DNA of 59,332 nt from a virus (taxonomy: Duplodnaviria > Caudoviricetes). The stretch spans positions 1 through 59,332 of the IMG/VR virus record IMGVR_UViG_3300007522_000023; one strand, given 5' to 3'. Numbering within the stretch: the stretch's first letter is position 1; the number at the start of each line of letters is the position of its first letter. Under the pieces are notes generated by a model that ran no database searches, was not told the origin of the DNA, and worked only from the letters and a program-made list of their open reading frames with translations. Made by a program: the position numbers and the translations under genes. This document shows, in pieces, positions 57,953-59,332 of the stretch.

Positions 57953-59266
57953 CTAAAATAAGTCGTCTATATCATATGTATCTTCATCTTCATCTTCATC
58001 ATCAATACTATCGTCATTAGATGAAATATTTGAACCATTTAATAAATCATCTAATCTAAATGTTTCTTCATAATCATTTTCTAGTTCATCATTTTCGTAA
58101 TCTAAAACATGAGTTAATTCATCTTCATTTAAACCTTGATTTATTTCTTCAACAATAGTTTTAATAATTTTTTTACCTTCTTTCGTACCAGCTAAAATCT
58201 CTTTCATTTTAATATTAAATTCATCAGCTTCTAATATTGCTAACTCATTGTATATGTGATGTTTTAATTTAAAATCATCTGGCTCTATAGTATCAGTAAA
58301 TTTTGACCACAAAGCTGGTCCTAATCTCATATCCCATGGTTCAGCAGATAAAAAATCTGCTTTATCGATAACATACTTAGCTATTTTTTTATTTTTAGGT
58401 AAACCTTTTGCTGATAATATTTCCATAACACCCTTCACTAATTCATGAATAAGAACTGGGAATACCATTGCTTCAGCATCTATAATAACTTTTGGGTTCT
58501 TTTTTGTTGGAAACGTAACCCTAACCACACCAGCATTAACACCATTCTCCATTTTAGGTATAACATAATACATATAATCAGCAGCTGACATCATCTTAGT
58601 ATAGTTATTCGCTAATCTAGGTTCAATATTTGTTAACTCATCATCAACCATATGAAACATGTGATTACATTTTTTAGCAGCACCTTGAATCATAGCATTT
58701 AAAAATCTACGTTTATAAACTTCTTTATTTGCTTTAGCTATTTCACCATGATTAGAAAATTCAACCTCACTAACAACTGGTGTTGGATTTTTTTTAGTAC
58801 CCTCAATAGATATATCACTTGTTAAAGTTGCATTTATCTCAACAACATCTTCACCCATATCATATTCTTCACGAACCATTTTTATTGCTAAATTTTCCAA
58901 TTCCTTAGTGTGCATAACCTCTAGCCTCATACACTCACGAACCAATGGCCCCATATTTTGTGTTAATTCTCTATTATCTATAGAATCACAATCAAACGCT
59001 CTTTTGTAACGTTTAGCGACTTCATTAAAACGTTCACCCATTATCTTCTCTTCGAATAAGGATTCATCATCTTCTGGAAATGCTGGGTGTTTACCCAATG
59101 AGTGTTTTCTATCTTTAATATCTTGCTCCAATTTAGGATGCATTCTTTCACTAAGATTTTCTGGGTAAAGAACACTTTCATTAATAGGTTTACTAACACT
59201 AGTAGATACAGTACTTAGTTTAGCTTTTTTTAATGCTTCCTCAGCTATTTTTTTATATTTACTCAT
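57953..59266 (-). CDS. Hypothetical protein with HELVKG motif and acidic tail
   Basis: 437-aa ORF; LIHELVKGVME resembles a degenerate zincin HExxH helix. Confidence 0.7.
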   Translation of the reverse strand: MSKYKKIAEEALKKAKLSTVSTSVSKPINESVLYPENLSERMHPKLEQDIKDRKHSLGKHPAFPEDDESLFEEKIMGERFNEVAKRYKRAFDCDSIDNRELTQNMGPLVRECMRLEVMHTKELENLAIKMVREEYDMGEDVVEINATLTSDISIEGTKKNPTPVVSEVEFSNHGEIAKANKEVYKRRFLNAMIQGAAKKCNHMFHMVDDELTNIEPRLANNYTKMMSAADYMYYVIPKMENGVNAGVVRVTFPTKKNPKVIIDAEAMVFPVLIHELVKGVMEILSAKGLPKNKKIAKYVIDKADFLSAEPWDMRLGPALWSKFTDTIEPDDFKLKHHIYNELAILEADEFNIKMKEILAGTKEGKKIIKTIVEEINQGLNEDELTHVLDYENDELENDYEETFRLDDLLNGSNISSNDDSIDDEDEDEDTYDIDDLF

Positions 59267-59332
59267 TTCTTTAAATCTTTTATTTTAATTGTTTTTATAA
59301 CATTTCTTTTTGACTCTTTAATTCCAGATGTA
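59263..59332 (-). CDS. 3' end of an upstream gene (partial)
   Basis: Reads ...TSGIKESKRNVIKTIKIKDLKK*, with an ATGA overlap onto 59266. Confidence 0.55.
   Translation of the reverse strand, partial: TSGIKESKRNVIKTIKIKDLKK

Noticed and set aside
1-59332. Stop-codon reassignment as in some large phages
   Set aside because: Genes are full length in the standard code, and TAG (30848, 33810, 57953) and TGA both end genes at sensible places.
1-59332. tRNA/rRNA genes, integrase or transposase
   Set aside because: None recognised; the few intergenic gaps lack T-loop/D-loop signatures. A tRNAscan run would be needed to be certain.

Overview
AT-rich segment of a large T4-like (myovirus-type, probably jumbo) phage genome in the standard genetic code. 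The host is probably a Bacteroidota bacterium (inferred from TTG-N19/20-TAnnTTTG-type promoters and A-rich leaders without Shine-Dalgarno sites). Left to right: four minus-strand fibre/lectin-like virion genes (1-7929); a short plus-strand operon of probable head-associated proteins including a stand-alone WYL-like protein (7992-10453); a ~22 kb glycan-biosynthesis region with about a dozen glycosyltransferase-like genes, a phosphoribulokinase-like fusion, class II aldolase, HAD, GDPD-like and tandem nucleotidyltransferase genes, interleaved with an HD protein, dUTPase and PhoH (10560-32853); a gp55-like sigma factor; baseplate/spike genes; and the minus-strand head module (major capsid, scaffold, prohead protease, portal, large terminase), which carries six inteins. 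Best candidate for an undescribed system: a phage-encoded virion glycosylation system, suggested by strong enrichment of an [S/T]-G-x-T motif in the outer virion proteins next to the glycan locus. A second candidate is a phage late-transcription system built on an ATA[T/C]TTAT(AATAAA) promoter and a sigma factor carrying an odd inserted domain. All family calls come from motif recognition by eye; no searches were run.
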